DNA of 64,000 nt. Source: the human T2T-CHM13v2.0 reference genome, Homo sapiens. Below, one piece after another: positions 18,014 to 35,914 of the stretch. A model generated the notes under the pieces. The model had not been told where the DNA came from, ran no database searches, and saw nothing but the letters and a program-made list of their open reading frames with translations. The position numbers were made by a program, and so were the translations under genes. The stretch lies in the NCBI RefSeq assembly GCF_009914755.1, contig NC_060942.1; one strand, written 5' to 3'. Numbering within the stretch: position 1 is the first letter of the stretch; each line of letters starts with the position of its first letter.

Positions 18014-18979
18014 TCAGTGGAAGTCAGTCAGAGTCCTAAGGACTAGTCTCTCCATCATGCCAACTACAGAACTGATTTTGCTCTTCTGAATCTCACTTTT
18101 CTCATCTGTGAAATCAGATGGTCTTTCCTCTTTAAGGAGGAAGGAAACATGAAATTCTACAACCTCAGTTACTACAGAAATAAGGGTAGATATTCTCCCT
18201 TTCTCCTTTTTGTTTTGTGAAAGACTATGAGTAAGAGAAAGGTTTTAATTTGAATATTTTGAGACTCATGGTATACATTTTAAGTATTCTAAGTAGTTGA
18301 CAGATCTTTAAAGTTCTTCAATGAGCATCAAGTTACAGTTGCTTTCTTTGGCAGCAAGGGGAAATGTTGAAATAAAGTGCTCACATAAACCTCTGTGCTA
18401 ATGGACTATTGAAAATGTGTTATGAAAAATCTAACATACTGAAAGCAAACAAAAAGTCTCTGTCATATTAAACAGTTTAACCATCAGCAACCCATTTCTA
18501 AAGACATGACCTGTAGTACCTAAAAGACTGTGTGAAAAACAGTCTTCGATTTGAATGTTTATAACTCTTATCTTACTAGCAGGGACTTATAAACGAATTC
18601 AGGTGTCATGTTAAACATCTTGTGTGTGTTCCAGCATTGACTTTCATCTTAGGCTTGCAGGAGGACTGATGTTCTTATCTCCAGGATCTCCTTATTTACC
18701 GGAATATCAAGGCTCTTAGAGGAGAATGCCTTTATCTTCTGTGGTAAAAGGGATTCTACAAGCTTTTTTGGTGGAAAACAATGATAAGTAAGCCCTATTC
18801 ATGAAACCGTATGCCTCTCATTTTGAAATGAATAATTGCACGTACAGACTTATAAGAATAATGGCACTTATAGTGACTGCTATTTTTAATGTCTTTTTCA
18901 AAGTGCTCTTCTAAAACATTCTTCTTTGACATTTCTGATTCTTTTACCCAGCAAGTTTTATGTATTTTTCTACTTCTGA

Positions 18980-19315
<336 letters not shown>

Positions 19316-19324
19316 GAGACCACA

Positions 19325-19615
19325 TTTTTTTTTTAGACAGTCTCTTACTCTGTCACCCAAGCTAGAGTGCACTGGCTCAATCACAGCTCACTGAAGCTTT
19401 GTCCTCCCTGGCAGTGGTTATCCTCTCGCCTCAGCTTCCCGAGTAACTGGGACTACAGGTGAGCGACACCTCACATGACTAATTTTTGTATTTTTTGCAG
19501 AGATGAGGTTTTGTTATGTTGTCCAGGCTAGTCTCAAACTCCTGGGCTCAAGTGATTTACCCACCTCACTCTCCCAAAGTGTTAGGATTACAGGCATGAG
19601 CCACCGCGCCTGGCT
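19325..19615 (-). mobile_element. AluJ, tandem with the AluY
   Basis: Diverged dimer with J features (ATCACAGCTCACTG, CTCCTGGGCTCAAGTGAT). Confidence 0.88.
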
Positions 19616-20512
19616 AAGACTGCATTTTTTTAAACCACGATAACCTAGTATGCTCTTGAGTCAAAAATTAACTTTTAGTTTTAGTGTTGCACTTAAAAGA
19701 ATATAGTTATTTGTTTATTTTCTTTTTGGCTACGCTCTGAGTGGTACCTCATTTAATAGAAACAGGCTGCTTGGTGCACACATGCCTGAGCTGACACATT
19801 AGAATACTTGATAAATCTGGAGAACACATTGCCTGATAAGTTGAGCCCAGTGAAGTTTTCATCACCTTATGAGAGACGGTGAGCAGAGGAGGTCAGAGCA
19901 ACTGCTCAGAGCTGTCTGAATGTCGTTCCCTTAGTCTAGAGAAAAGAGTGGCCTCTTTCATTTGGACAGGGCTTGCTCTCAAATCATAAATGCATTTGAC
20001 AGCCAGGAAGCCATTTTCACTGTCTCACTTAAATGGTCACACTGCAAATGATCCCACCACATTACAATAGCATAGGTCCCCAGTAAGGCCTTATATCCAA
20101 CAGGTGTACAGATTAGGTGGTCACTACCTGGCTTCTTCTCTCTCATAAATACTGCATCTCCCGACTTGCTCCTCACAATGGACCAATTTAATGTGATTAA
20201 AGCTTCTGGAGTTTCCTAGATCCCAGCTCTAACTTCCAGTTTAGCTATTCCCTGCACCAACTCTCTGCAAAGAGAATCAATAGCAAAGCAAAGAGGGATA
20301 AGAAGTGAGGAGTAGGAAGTAAGCTATTGAAAGTGAGAAAAAGAGGTTATTTCTCATTGAGCACATGTAAAACACTACTGATGTCTTTGTCTTCTCACTG
20401 AAAAATTATACATTTTGTTTTTATTAAGCATGTTACAGTATGGGTAATGTCCAAACATGATTTGAGATATAAATATTAACTTCTAAGCTCAGCATGGACA
20501 TGGCTATCAAAA

Positions 20513-20675
20513 GCAGTGTTTCTCAAGTTTTGTGTGCCTGGGAATCACCTGCAGACATTATGAAAAGGCAGATTTAGATTTAGCAGATCTAGAGTAGAGC
20601 CTGAGGTTCTGAATTGCTAAAAAGATTCTAGGCTTTGCTGAGGCTGACCCTCTGCAGATTAGATTATGAGGTAGT
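20513..20675. mobile_element. MER5A-like hAT-Charlie MITE
   Basis: CAGTGTTTCTCAAGTTT…GAATCACCTG…GCAGATCTAGAGTAGAGCCTGAG…TCTGAATTGCTAA. Confidence 0.65.
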
Positions 20676-20694
20676 TTGGATTTTGAACAGATTG

Positions 20695-20862
20695 GATGCT
20701 CTTAACCTGGGGTTCATGGAAGAACTTGTGGGTTTGGTAACTCACTTGAAATTAAATGGATATTTCTCTGTGGGTGTGCCTGTACATTTTTCTAGCAAGT
20801 GAGTTCATAGCATTCATTAGTGTCTCAGATGATTTATTATCTATAACAGGTTAAGAACCACT
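20695..20862. mobile_element. hAT-Charlie-type MITE (family not assigned)
   Basis: Terminal inverted repeats TCTTAACCTG … CAGGTTAAGAACCACT. Confidence 0.6.
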
Positions 20863-23475
20863 TGACCTGCTGTTTTGTCATCACCCTCAATGTAGCTCAC
20901 CTGTGGAACATAAACCAATGTCTGTTTTTCTTTTGTTTTGTTTTTCAAGATCAGTTCCAAAACCTTGTACTGAAACAACTTTTCTGAATCTGAGGCCAAA
21001 AGCTGAGTACTTGTGCTCTACTCAAATGAAACTCTGCAAAATTTATTCATTTTCATAGAAACACCTGAGGCTTTGTACATTTTTCAACATGTGATGAGGG
21101 AATTAGTTAAATTAGTATTTATAAATTTGTCCTTCTTCTGCAACAATCTCTTATTTTTATTGCCTAAATGAACATCAGTAGATCAGAGCCACCGCTGTCC
21201 ATGGTATATTTTCTCCAAAAGATGAGCTCCTGTGGGGAAATGGGATGTGTTGTCCTTCGAAAGGGGTCATCCTAACCTGTCCTTAGCACCCCTCAAATGG
21301 TACACTGAAAAGCACTTCCTGCAGAGACTTAATGACTGCACACACATTTCCCCAAACATGACTCATCATTTAATAAAAATTTCCCATTCAGCCAGTGTCA
21401 CCCCAGGTTGAACAGCATATGCAATCTGTAAAATAAATTTTAATATTTTTTCTGGTGGTAGGGAGGGTAAGTGAACCCATGAATAGTGATAATGTTAAAT
21501 CACAGAGAATGGGAGCTAATTAAAATAAATGTTTATTTGAGCAGTCAAGTAGTTCAATTGTATTCTATAATTTCCCAGAAGATATTATCATAAATCATTT
21601 ATTGGGTACAAAAATGCCGTAAGTCAAAAGAGTATGTGTTTGAGGAGGCTGGAGAGTGCTAAAGAGGAGTTGAGAGAAAGGAGTGCAAAAACAAGAAAGA
21701 TATTTGAAGACAGTTTTCATCCTTTGCATTATTCAAACTAAAGAAGCTCTAAAGCCAAGTACTATGTTTGTTTGTTATTCTTTCCCAAGACTTCAGAAAT
21801 TTTCACTTCCATGATACTGTGATGTTTATATTTATATTGGCTCCCCATTTAAACTGGAACAAGTCTAGCTGGGATCAACATAGAGAAGACAGCAGGAATA
21901 TGCTGATTTACTCCTATTCCTTCTTCTACCTCTTTCATCACCCCCTGCCACCATCCCACACTATAACTGCTGTCTCTTCTCCTTCTCTCTCACTCTCACA
22001 TACTCCTCTCCTCTAAGATTGTCTGGCCTGTTCTGTTTCACTCAGCTTTCTATCAAAGCCTACCTTGTAGAATTTTTTATTTTTGTCTAAGAAAGAACAT
22101 ATAATTTAAGCCTTACTTATCAGCTGAGTGGCTTTGAACAAGTCCTTTATCTTCTTTGAATTTTGATTTTCCTATCCCCAAGGCATGAGCAATAAGGTAT
22201 GCTTTAAAAGTTCTATTTTAAAGAACAGATAAGAAAATGTAGGAAAAGGTGTTTTACTGCAGTTTATGTACCTGTAGGTGGGACAAAGGTTACCTGTTTT
22301 ACCCTTTCTCTCTCTAGGTTTTAGTTTATAAAAATAATAGAGACAAGGTACTGATAACCAGATGGGAATCAAGGATTGCAGAGAATCACAGCCTTTTGGA
22401 AAATGGTAGGAGTAGGTGGAAGACCTCTTCCTCCCTCCCTGACTACAAGAATATTCGACCTGCTAGCTGTAAACTGAAACAGACAGTAGAGAGGTGGCTG
22501 GGACTTCTGGAGTCAGGCCTTGCCTTGTTTGCTTAACAAATGCAATTCTTGTGAAGTTTAAGGATAGAGGGTCGAGAAGCCAAGATGGCCGAATAGGAAG
22601 AGCTCCGGTCTACAGCTCCCAGCGTGAGAGACGCAGAAGACGGGTGATTTCTGCATTTCCATCTGAGGTACCGGGTTCATCTCACTAGGGAGTGCCAGAC
22701 AGTGGGCGCAGGTCAGTGGGTGCGCACACCGTGCGCGAGCCGAAGCAGGGCGAGGCATTGCGTCACTTGGGAAGCGCAAGGGGTCAGGGAGTTCCCTTTC
22801 CGAGTCAAAGAAAGGGGTGACGGACGGCACCTGGAAAATCGGGTCACTCCCACCCGAATACTGGGCTTTTCCAATGGGCTTAAAAAACGGCGCATCATGA
22901 GAGTATATCCTGCACCTGGCTCGGAGGGTCCTACGCCCACGGAGTCTCGCTGATTGCTAGCACAGCACGGCAGTCTGAGATCAAACTGCAAGGCGGCAGC
23001 GAGGCTGGGGGAGGGGCGCCCGCCATTGCCCAGGCTTGCTTAGGTAAACAAAGCAACCAGGAAGCTCGAACTGGGTGGAGCCCACCACAGCTCAAGGAAG
23101 CCTGCCTGCCTCTGTAGGCTCCACCTCTGGGGGCAGGGCACAGACAAAAAGACAGCAGTAACCTCTGCAGACTTAAATGTCCCTGTCTGACAGCTTTGAA
23201 GAGAGCAGTGGTTCTCCCAGCACGCAGCTGGAGATCTGAGAACGGGCAGACTGCCTCCTCAAGTGGATCCCTGACCCCGACCCCCCAGCAGCCTAACTGG
23301 GAGGCACCCCCAGCAGGAGCACACTGACACCTCACACGGCAGGGTATTCCAACAGACCTGCAGCTGAGGGTCCTGTCTGTTAGAAGGAAAACTAACAAAC
23401 AGAAAGGACATCCACACCAAAAACCCATCTGTACATCACCATCATCAAAGACCAAAAGTAGATAAAACCACAAAG

Positions 23476-24500
23476 ATGGGGAAAAAACAGAACAGAAAAA
23501 CTGGAAACTCTAAAAAGCAGAGCGCCTCTCCTCCTCCAAAAGAACGCAGTTCCTCACCAGCAACGGAACAAAGCTGGATGGAGAATGACTTTGACGAGCT
23601 GAGAGAAGAAGGCTTCAGACGATCAAATTACTCTGAGCTACGGGAGGACATTCAAACCAAAGGCAAAGAAGTTGAAAACTTTGAAAAAAATTTAGAAGAA
23701 TGTATAACTAGAATAACCAATACAGAGAAGTGCTTAAAGGAGCTGATGGAGCTGAAAACCAAGGCTGGAGAACTATGTGAAGAATGCAGAAGCCTCAGGA
23801 GCCGATGCAATCAACTGGAAGAAAGGGTATCAGCAATGGAAGATGAAATGAATGAAATGAAGCGAGAAGGGAAGTTTAGAGAAAAAAGAATAAAAAGAAA
23901 TTAGCAAAGCCTCCAAGAAATATGGGACTATGTGAAAAGACCAAATCTACGTCTGATTGGTGTACCTGAAAGTGATGGGGAGAATGGAACCAAGTTGGGA
24001 AACACTCTGCAGGATATTATCCAGGAGAACTTCCCCAATCTATCAAGGCAGGCCAACATTCAGATTCAGGAAATACAGAGAATGCCACAAAGATACTCCT
24101 CGAGAAGAGCAACTCCAAGACACATAATTGTCAGATTCACCAAAGTTGAAATGAAGGAAAAAATGTTAAGGGAAGCCAGAGAGAAAGGTCGGGTTACCCT
24201 CAAAGGGAAGCCCATCGGACTAACAGCTGATCTCTCAGCAGAAATCCTACAAGCCAAAAGAGAGTGGGGGCCAATATTCAACATTCTTAAAGAAAAGAAT
24301 TTTCAACCCAGAATTTCATATCCAGCCAAACTAAGTTTCATAAGTGAAGGAGAAATAAAATACTTTACAGACAAGCAAATGCTGAGAGATTTTTGTCACC
24401 ACCAGGCCTGCCCTAAAAGAACTCCTGAAGGAAGCGCTAAACATGGAAAGGAACAACCGGTACCAGCCGCTGCAAAATTATGCCAAAATGTAAAGACCAT
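23476..24500 (+). pseudogene. L1 ORF1 (disrupted)
   Basis: MGKKQNRKTGNSK…; premature TAG 23902-23904 and a frameshift near 24390. Confidence 0.93.
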
Positions 24501-24557
24501 CAAAGACTAGGAAGAAACTGCATCAACTAACGAGCAAAATCACCAGCTAACATCATA

Positions 24558-28368
<3,811 letters not shown>

Positions 28369-28566
28369 ACAATGAGAACCCATGGACACAGGAAGGGGAA
28401 CATCACACTCTGGGGACTGTTGTGGGGTGGGGGGAGGCAGGAGGAATAGCATTGGGAGATATACCTAATGCTAGATGACGAGTTAGTGGGTGCAGCGCAC
28501 CAGCATGGCACATGTATACATATGTAACTAACCTGCACAATGTGCACATGTACCCTAAAACTTAAA

Positions 28567-28568
<2 letters not shown>

Positions 28569-28601
<33 letters not shown>
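28569..28601 (+). repeat. (AAT)n microsatellite formed in the L1 tail
   Basis: About 10-11 perfect AAT units between the L1 3' end and the TSD. Confidence 0.95.
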
Positions 28602-28603
<2 letters not shown>

Positions 28604-31600
28604 GGATATAGGGTCTTCAATGTCAATGCCCAATGTCAAGCCCAAGCAGGTTTAAAAACTTGAGTAGTAACCATTAGTACCTTAACCCTCTCGTCTCATT
28701 TTTCACAGACAGGTGGCCCAATGAAAGCCACGTTACTTGTGACTCAGAGTAGCCCTTTCTTACAATGGGAGGAGGAGAAAGGAGCAGAGAGGGGAGCAGG
28801 GCACCTCATCAGCACGTCCCCAGTGGTCAAATAGGCTGTTTCCCTTATTTTTGAGGAGAAATAAGAAGGTTGGGAGAAGAACACAATGTTTCTCTCCCCA
28901 GAAGTGGCATTTAGAGATGTTTATCACCCTTAAAGTACAATTCACATGGTAGACTAAAATGCCTTAAGATTGTTGCAAAATTTATAGTTTGAAATTCGAT
29001 CACTTATGAGGGATGCCTGAGGCTATTGTGTCTGAGTAAATGCGGCTACTCTCTTTTTGTTCAATATTTGTTGAAGATGAAAGGGTAGAGTATTACACAA
29101 AGTTTCCCATACATATCTTTTATTTCTCCCATGCCCTCAAAAGTTCCTTGCCTATCAGAAGTGTAAATGATTATGTGACACTTCTATATCTGCCCCCAGA
29201 TAACCCGAGCACAGGCTAGTTACTTAATAATAAGTATATATAAGAATAATATTCTGGTTCACAGGGAAACTAGACTGAGAGAGTCCATTTCATTTTGTCT
29301 GGCATCACAGAATGGATCAGAGACAAAGCAGAGATAAGAACCCAGGCTTCTTCAAAGCCACCCTTTTTAACTTTGTTCTTAAGGGTAAAGGAATGGAAAA
29401 TGAAGTAGGAAATAGGAAAAAGTGGGGAAGATGTGAGTTAATAGTGAAATCAAAACCATGCTGTGCATTGGCCTCTGATCGGACCCTGGTGAGCATTTTT
29501 AGAGCATTCCGGCTGCAGCCTAATGTTTCTCACCCCAAAAAATTATTTTACATGGGAAAACCTTCTGCAGAGAGATGCTAGCAGGAGTCTGCACCTGGCA
29601 GTCCTATGTTATGTACCTAATGAGTAAATGAAATGTTTAATAACTGTACTGTGAAAATGAAGCTTAAAACAGTAAATTCCTGCTGAGGCTGCTCTTCTGC
29701 ACCTGAGGCACACTGCTAGCCCATCTCAGAACTCCAGCCCATTTTTATTTTTTCCTCTTAGTGGGTCCTGCTGAGGAGATAACACTAAAACCAAAGCGAT
29801 GCTCACTTAATTAGTTGTATATCAGTGTAAGAACATTTACTTAGCACATCAACAGCCAGCGTTCCACCAAAGGGTCGCCTGAAACTTCTCCAACATGCAC
29901 CCTGGATAGGGGAAATTCTGCAGTGGCTTCAGATTGAGCATTTGTAAATTTAAATTTGTCAATTAGCCATGGATCATTTAACCTCAGAAACGTAATACCA
30001 CTTATTTTTAGAGTATCTGTTTGAAATACAAAAGCAGTAAAACCTTAATTGTTGGTATAGCTTTTCACTAATAATTTTAAGAAAAAAATGACAGAACATT
30101 TATTTTTTACAAAGCACTAGTTTAAAAATAAATTATTGCAATTTGAGTTAAGCTTTAACTGGCTGGAGATTCCTTTAGATTCAATGGATCAACTAATTCT
30201 TCCTAAGTCTTAAGGAGAGGCAAGAAATCCAAATGTAAAGTTAAGTACAGGTAGAATAGCTATATTATCCTTGTGTAATTTTCATAGCTAATAACTTAAA
30301 AATTAAATTTCTTACATTTATAGACATACAGACCCCAAAATCCAAAGAAATTAGACTATCGAGCCAAGGTCACAAAACTAGGTCCTAGGCTAAAATGCTT
30401 CCTCAGTATCTGGAATATTTATTTGAGCACTCATTAAATACTTGGAATTTGTTGTATAGATCACACACAGTTTACCATCATTGAAAATAATAATATAGAT
30501 CAGCTTAGACTTCAGAGTGGGAAACGTTTCATCTTTCAAGGCCTATTTGCAAAATGAAAGGTGATTTTTCCAACTTCTCAGAGCCCCAGTACTGATCCTC
30601 TTCTCACTAGCTCCCACCCAGCCTTGAGCACCTCCCTCTCCCAAAATGAAGTGTTTTTTTTTTTTTCTTAACCACATTTTGAAAATCACTTTTCATATTT
30701 GGGAGAGATCCCAGAGGATGCTGACTCCAAAATTGAGATTATATTCACAGCTAGGAGCCGTGGAAGAGATTCTTTTCATTTTTATTTTTCCTTTGACATA
30801 TGTTTCTGATAGAGCTCATAGAAGTTCTATGAAAAGCGTTCATGTTTAGGCCAATTGTCAGTGTTAAGTGTTGTTCTCCAAAGTGAATAAATAAATATGA
30901 AGCTTTCCCTGTAGCTACAATCTAGATCTACCAACATAGAAAAAGTCATCAAAAATTCTATCATTTCTTAACATTAAAGAACAGCATTTTGATATCCCAA
31001 AGTAATAAGTTTTCAGTTTGTTTTTGTGTTTTTTCCTAATTGCCATAATTTCTATTAGTTCTTGGGTAGGATGGTGGCTCTCTTCTAGTGAGTCAAAACA
31101 CTGCCAGGCACACCAAAGGCTCTCATGCCTCAAGGCAGTCCATTATCAAGAAGGAGTCACCAAGAATGGGTGAGGCCAGGGATGCATAAACAAAGTGGGC
31201 TTTAAACCTGGCTTCTGAAAGCAGTGTAGAAAAAAACCAGTTAGTCTCCCAGGAAGTGTGGCAATGCCCCATTTCAATGTCAAAGTCTTTGAAATCTAGG
31301 AAAGCTTCATGTGGAGGAACAGATCGGGGTTAGGACAAATAGTCACCCGACAGTAGCAGTGAGTCCATCAGCAGATGAGAGGCCGCAATATGGTGTCCAG
31401 TATCCTGTTTGGATTGGACCATGCTCCAGGCCTCACTCACTAATCCACATGCCTGACGACTACATTGCCTTCTCATTTGAACATAGTCCATACCAGCAGA
31501 CTGATTATTTTACATAAAAATGTTCATTTGGTTTAAATGGTGTAGAAGATGGATTGAGAATTTAGACACACGGGAAGGTGACTGATCAGGTCTCAGGCAC

Positions 31601-33518
31601 AAGGCAAAAGATTAAAGGCATGTCTCATAGCCCCATGAAAGAACAGAGATGCAGACCAGAAAATCAAGAAAGAAGCCATTTATGCTTGGTGAGCTACAAG
31701 CACTTAAGGAAAAAGCACTGCTTGGTGAGCTTGTAGGGACCCAGATTTCACCAGTGCACAAGCTTGAAATATTGAACACTGAATCTACACACAAAAAAAT
31801 ACAAACATCATGTAGGGATGGAGTTATGCACAACCAGGAACATGGTGTCTGCCTTCCGACAAAGGATGTTTTCATGGAAATCTTGGTTTTCAAACATTTA
31901 TTCTCCTTAACTAAAGGGCAATTTTGAGACCACGGTTGCCTAATTAGTTGTTAATAAATCTCTCCTGGGAAATTTCCCTCATACTCTTTCCTTTAATTGC
32001 CCTTTCAAGGAAAGGAAAGAAAAATATTAAGTCCATAGAGTGTCCCAGTCAAATCCTGCTGACAATGAACTCTGGGAGGCTGTTTAAATTCTTTGTCTCT
32101 ACTAGAATTTTATTGAAATTAATTCTACCTTCCTCTCCAGGGACCTCAGTATTCTCTTCAACAAAATAAAAGGAAGGTCATTCGATGAGCTCCAAGAGCC
32201 CTCGTGGTTCCGGCATTCTAAATTTCTGTGATTCTATGAATATTACTTGAGAAAAGGCAGTCATCTGAGGTTTAAACACTCTGTGCGGTCTTTGAGCCGA
32301 GACAATGTCTTCGATTCCTTTTGTGAGGCTCACCATGTCTTGTACATTTGTTCAACACTCACTACATTTTGAATGCATAACTGTTGCCTGGGCACTAGAG
32401 AAAATCAATTATTATAATGAACTTTCTAATGAGTTTGAGGGATGGTAGTCTTTAGGCATGTCCATGCCCTATTGTAATAATAGGAGTGTGGTTGATGCAG
32501 TATGATACACATAGTGCAATACACCTAAGTGTTTGGAATTCTGGGAAGAAAATACACCATAAGAATGTATTTCCATCGTGATAACCATAGGCTATGCCTA
32601 GGAATTCATTTCTCTGCATGTAAAACTGACAAAAAAATTGTGATGAAGTACATGTTATGGAATTATATACAGCAGTCTGGTATATTCTAAAAGAATCTTT
32701 ACTTTTACGTTTCTCAGAACAGGCACTGGCCCTACTTGAATTTCCTACATAGTAAGCTATGCCTATGCCTTTCACTTTTTATTGTAGATACCTATGTTAG
32801 AGTGAATTGATTTTCAGAATGTGTTAAACATGCATTGCATGTGTTTGGTTACATATTAAATTGTAAATTTTCAGAAGTAGCTGAGTTTCTTAAACATGTT
32901 TTTAAAATGAAAAATTTAAAATAAAATAAATAGGTTTTATGATCAAGGGAGTCTAGGTCAAAAATAAGTAAAAGATGTGTGAAAAAATATATAGAGACAA
33001 ATGTTCATTTTTAAAATGCAGCTGCTGTGTTAAACATAGGAATGGATAAGAGCTAGCTTCTGGAAGGTGCTAAGAGGAACAGCTTTTGTGACTATTATAA
33101 ATTCAGGTTTAATCAGAACATTGCAAGCATTCTTGAAGGGCATACAAACAAAATTCAGGCAACACAATTCAAAATATGTGGTTGGTAGATACCTTCTCAA
33201 GGTTTATGCCTCTTTTTAAAGCTTTTAAACTTTGTGAATTCCTTTTTAAACTTTATGCCTTCACTTAAATAATAACCTAAAATATCAACATGAATTTCAC
33301 ATGCTGGGTTATCTGTACCTGCCAAGGTTTTTAGTGGCTGCCTTCCTATTTGGGTTTACAATTAAGATGGCACCAGGAACACCGTGGTTATAGTCAGAAG
33401 TTTGGAAAAAAAAAAAAATGGTGTGTGAGTAGAGGTAAACCATTCACATCCAGTGAAGACCACCTGACATTACAGTCCCTGTATGAATGAGGTCTTGGCT
33501 ATTGTTGAGTTAGAAAAT

Positions 33519-35033
33519 CTTCACAGAATTAGAAAAAACTACTTTGAATTTCATGTGGAACCAAAAAAGGGCCCCTATAGCCAAGACAGTCCTAAGCAAA
33601 AAGAACAAAGCTGAAAGCATCATGCTACCTGACTGCAAACTATACTACAAGGCTACAGGAACCAAATCAGCATGGTACTGGTACCAAAACAGAGATATAA
33701 ACCAATGGAACAGAACAGAGGTCTCAGAAACATCACCACACGCCTACAACCATCTGATCTTTGACAAACCTGGCAAAAAGCACCAGGGAAAGGATTCCCT
33801 ATTTAATAAACGGTGTTGGGAAAACTGGCTAGCCATATGCAGAAAACTGAAACCTGACCCCTCCTTACACCTTATACAAAAATTAACTCAAGATGGATTA
33901 AAGACTTAAATGTAAGACCTAAAACCATACAAACCCTGGAAGAAAACCTAGGCAATACCATTCAGGACATAGGCATGGGCAAAGACTTCATGATTAAACC
34001 ACCAAAAGCAATGGCAATGAAAGCCAAAATTGACAAATGGGATCAAATTAAACTAAAGAGCTTCTTCATAGCAAAAGAAACTATCATCAGAGTGAACAGG
34101 CAACCTACAGAATGGGAGAAATTTTTTGCAGTCTATCCATCTGACAAAGGGCTAATATCCAGAATCTACAAAGAACTTAAACAAATTTACATGAAGAAAA
34201 TACACAACCCCTTCAAAAAGTGGGCAAAAGATATGAACAGGCACTTCTCAAGAGAAGACATTTATGCAGCCAACAAACATGAAAAAAGGCTCATCATCAC
34301 TGGTCATTAGAGAAATGCAAATCAAAATCACCACGAGATACCATCTCACACCAGTTAGAATGGCAATCATTAAAAAGTCAGGAAACAACAGATGCTAGAG
34401 AGGATGTGGAGAAATAGGAACACTTTTACACTGTTGGTGGGAGTGTAAATTAGTTCAGCCATTGTGGAAGACAATATGGTGATTCTTCAAGGATCTAGAA
34501 TTAGAAATGCCATTTGACCCAGCAATCCTATTACTGGATTCAAAGGATTATAAATCATTCTACTATAAAGACACAAGCACACGTATGTTTACTGTAGCAC
34601 TATTCACAATAGCAAAGACTTGGAACCAACCCAAATGCCCATCAGTGACAGACTGGATAAAGAAAATGTGGCACATATATACCATGGAATACAATGCAGC
34701 CATAAAAAAGGATGAGTTCATGTCCTTTGCAGGGACATGGATGAGACTGGAAACCATCATTCTCAGCAAACTAACACAAGAACAGAAAACCAAACACCGC
34801 ATGTTCTCACACATAAGTGGGAGTTGAACAATGAGAACACATGGACACAGGGAGGAGAACATCACACACTGGGCCTGTCGGAGGGCAGGGGGCTGGGGGA
34901 GGGATAGCATTAGGACAACTAATGTAGATGACAGGTTGATGGGTGCAGCAAACCACCATGGCACATGTATACCTATGTAACAAACCTGTACATTCTGCAC
35001 ATGTACTCCAGAACTTAAAGTATAAGAAAAAAA
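33519..35033 (+). mobile_element. 5'-truncated L1PA7/8-like element (3' ORF2 + 3'UTR)
   Basis: ORF2 fragments ([32 protein letters not shown]), 3'UTR ending CTTAAAGTATAAGAAAAAAA. Confidence 0.93.
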
Positions 35034-35079
35034 GAAGGGGGAGGCAGGAGAAAAGTATTAAATTTATATTAATAAAAAA

Positions 35080-35405
35080 AGAAATAGTAAAATTATGATT
35101 ATCAGAGGCTGTGAGGTGAGAGGATTGAGGAGATGTTGGTCAAATGGTACAAAATTTCAGTTAGGAGGAATAAGTTCAAGAGATCCATTGTATATTGTGG
35201 CGATTAGAGTTAATAACTATATATTGTATACTTAAAAATTGCTGAGAATTGATTGAAAGTGTTCTCAACACAAAACATAAGTATGTGAAGTAATACATAT
35301 GTTAAATAGCTTGATTTAGCCATTCTATAATGTATATACATGTATCAAAACATTGTTTTACACCATAAATATATACTGTTTTTCCTTGTTGATTAAAAAT
35401 AAATA
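35080..35405 (+). mobile_element. L1MA-type 3'UTR fragment
   Basis: ATCAGAGGCTG…GGAGATGTTGGTCAAATGGTACAAAATTTCAGTTAGGAGGAATAAGTTCAAGAGATC…GCTTGATTTAGCCATTC. Confidence 0.85.
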
Positions 35406-35914
35406 AGTTGTTGAATACATGAAAAAAAAAAGAAGGAAAATGTTCATAATGAAAACTGGGCGTGAATGACAAACCCAAAATGATTGTAATATAGCAACAG
35501 TATCAAATTCATATGGCAATTTTGTTTTAGCCCAACAATCTCATTTATCATATTAAATTAATGATTATAATCCAAATTGTACTATTTTCACAGGGCTTTC
35601 TGTTTAACTTTAAATGTGTTTTTGTTTTATAGCATAGGATAAGCACTATAAGGTATGATGCTTATAGCAAGTTTTATGTTTGTATATATTTTAAAAATAT
35701 TGGAATACAGTATTTTAAGTCAATGCTGGAGTTGATTAAAGTCTTACTTTTCCCTTTAAATTCCAAGTCAGTTATGAGAAACAATGATAAAAAATGAGCT
35801 TTTATCCCCAGATTTATAGTCCTTGAACTAGATTTCATGTTCATTTATGTTGCTTCCTCAAAAAACCCATGTAAATTGGATGGGCTAGGTCAACAAGCTA
35901 GTGATCATCCTTCA

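Noticed and set aside
21392-21466. 75-nt pseudo-exon (TTCCCATTCAG … AGG|GTAAGT)
   Set aside because: In-frame TGA at the seventh codon and a weak acceptor; no positive evidence for a poison exon
22494-23473. Several overlapping GC-rich ORFs
   Set aside because: By-products of the L1 5'UTR; only the ORF0 remnant is meaningful
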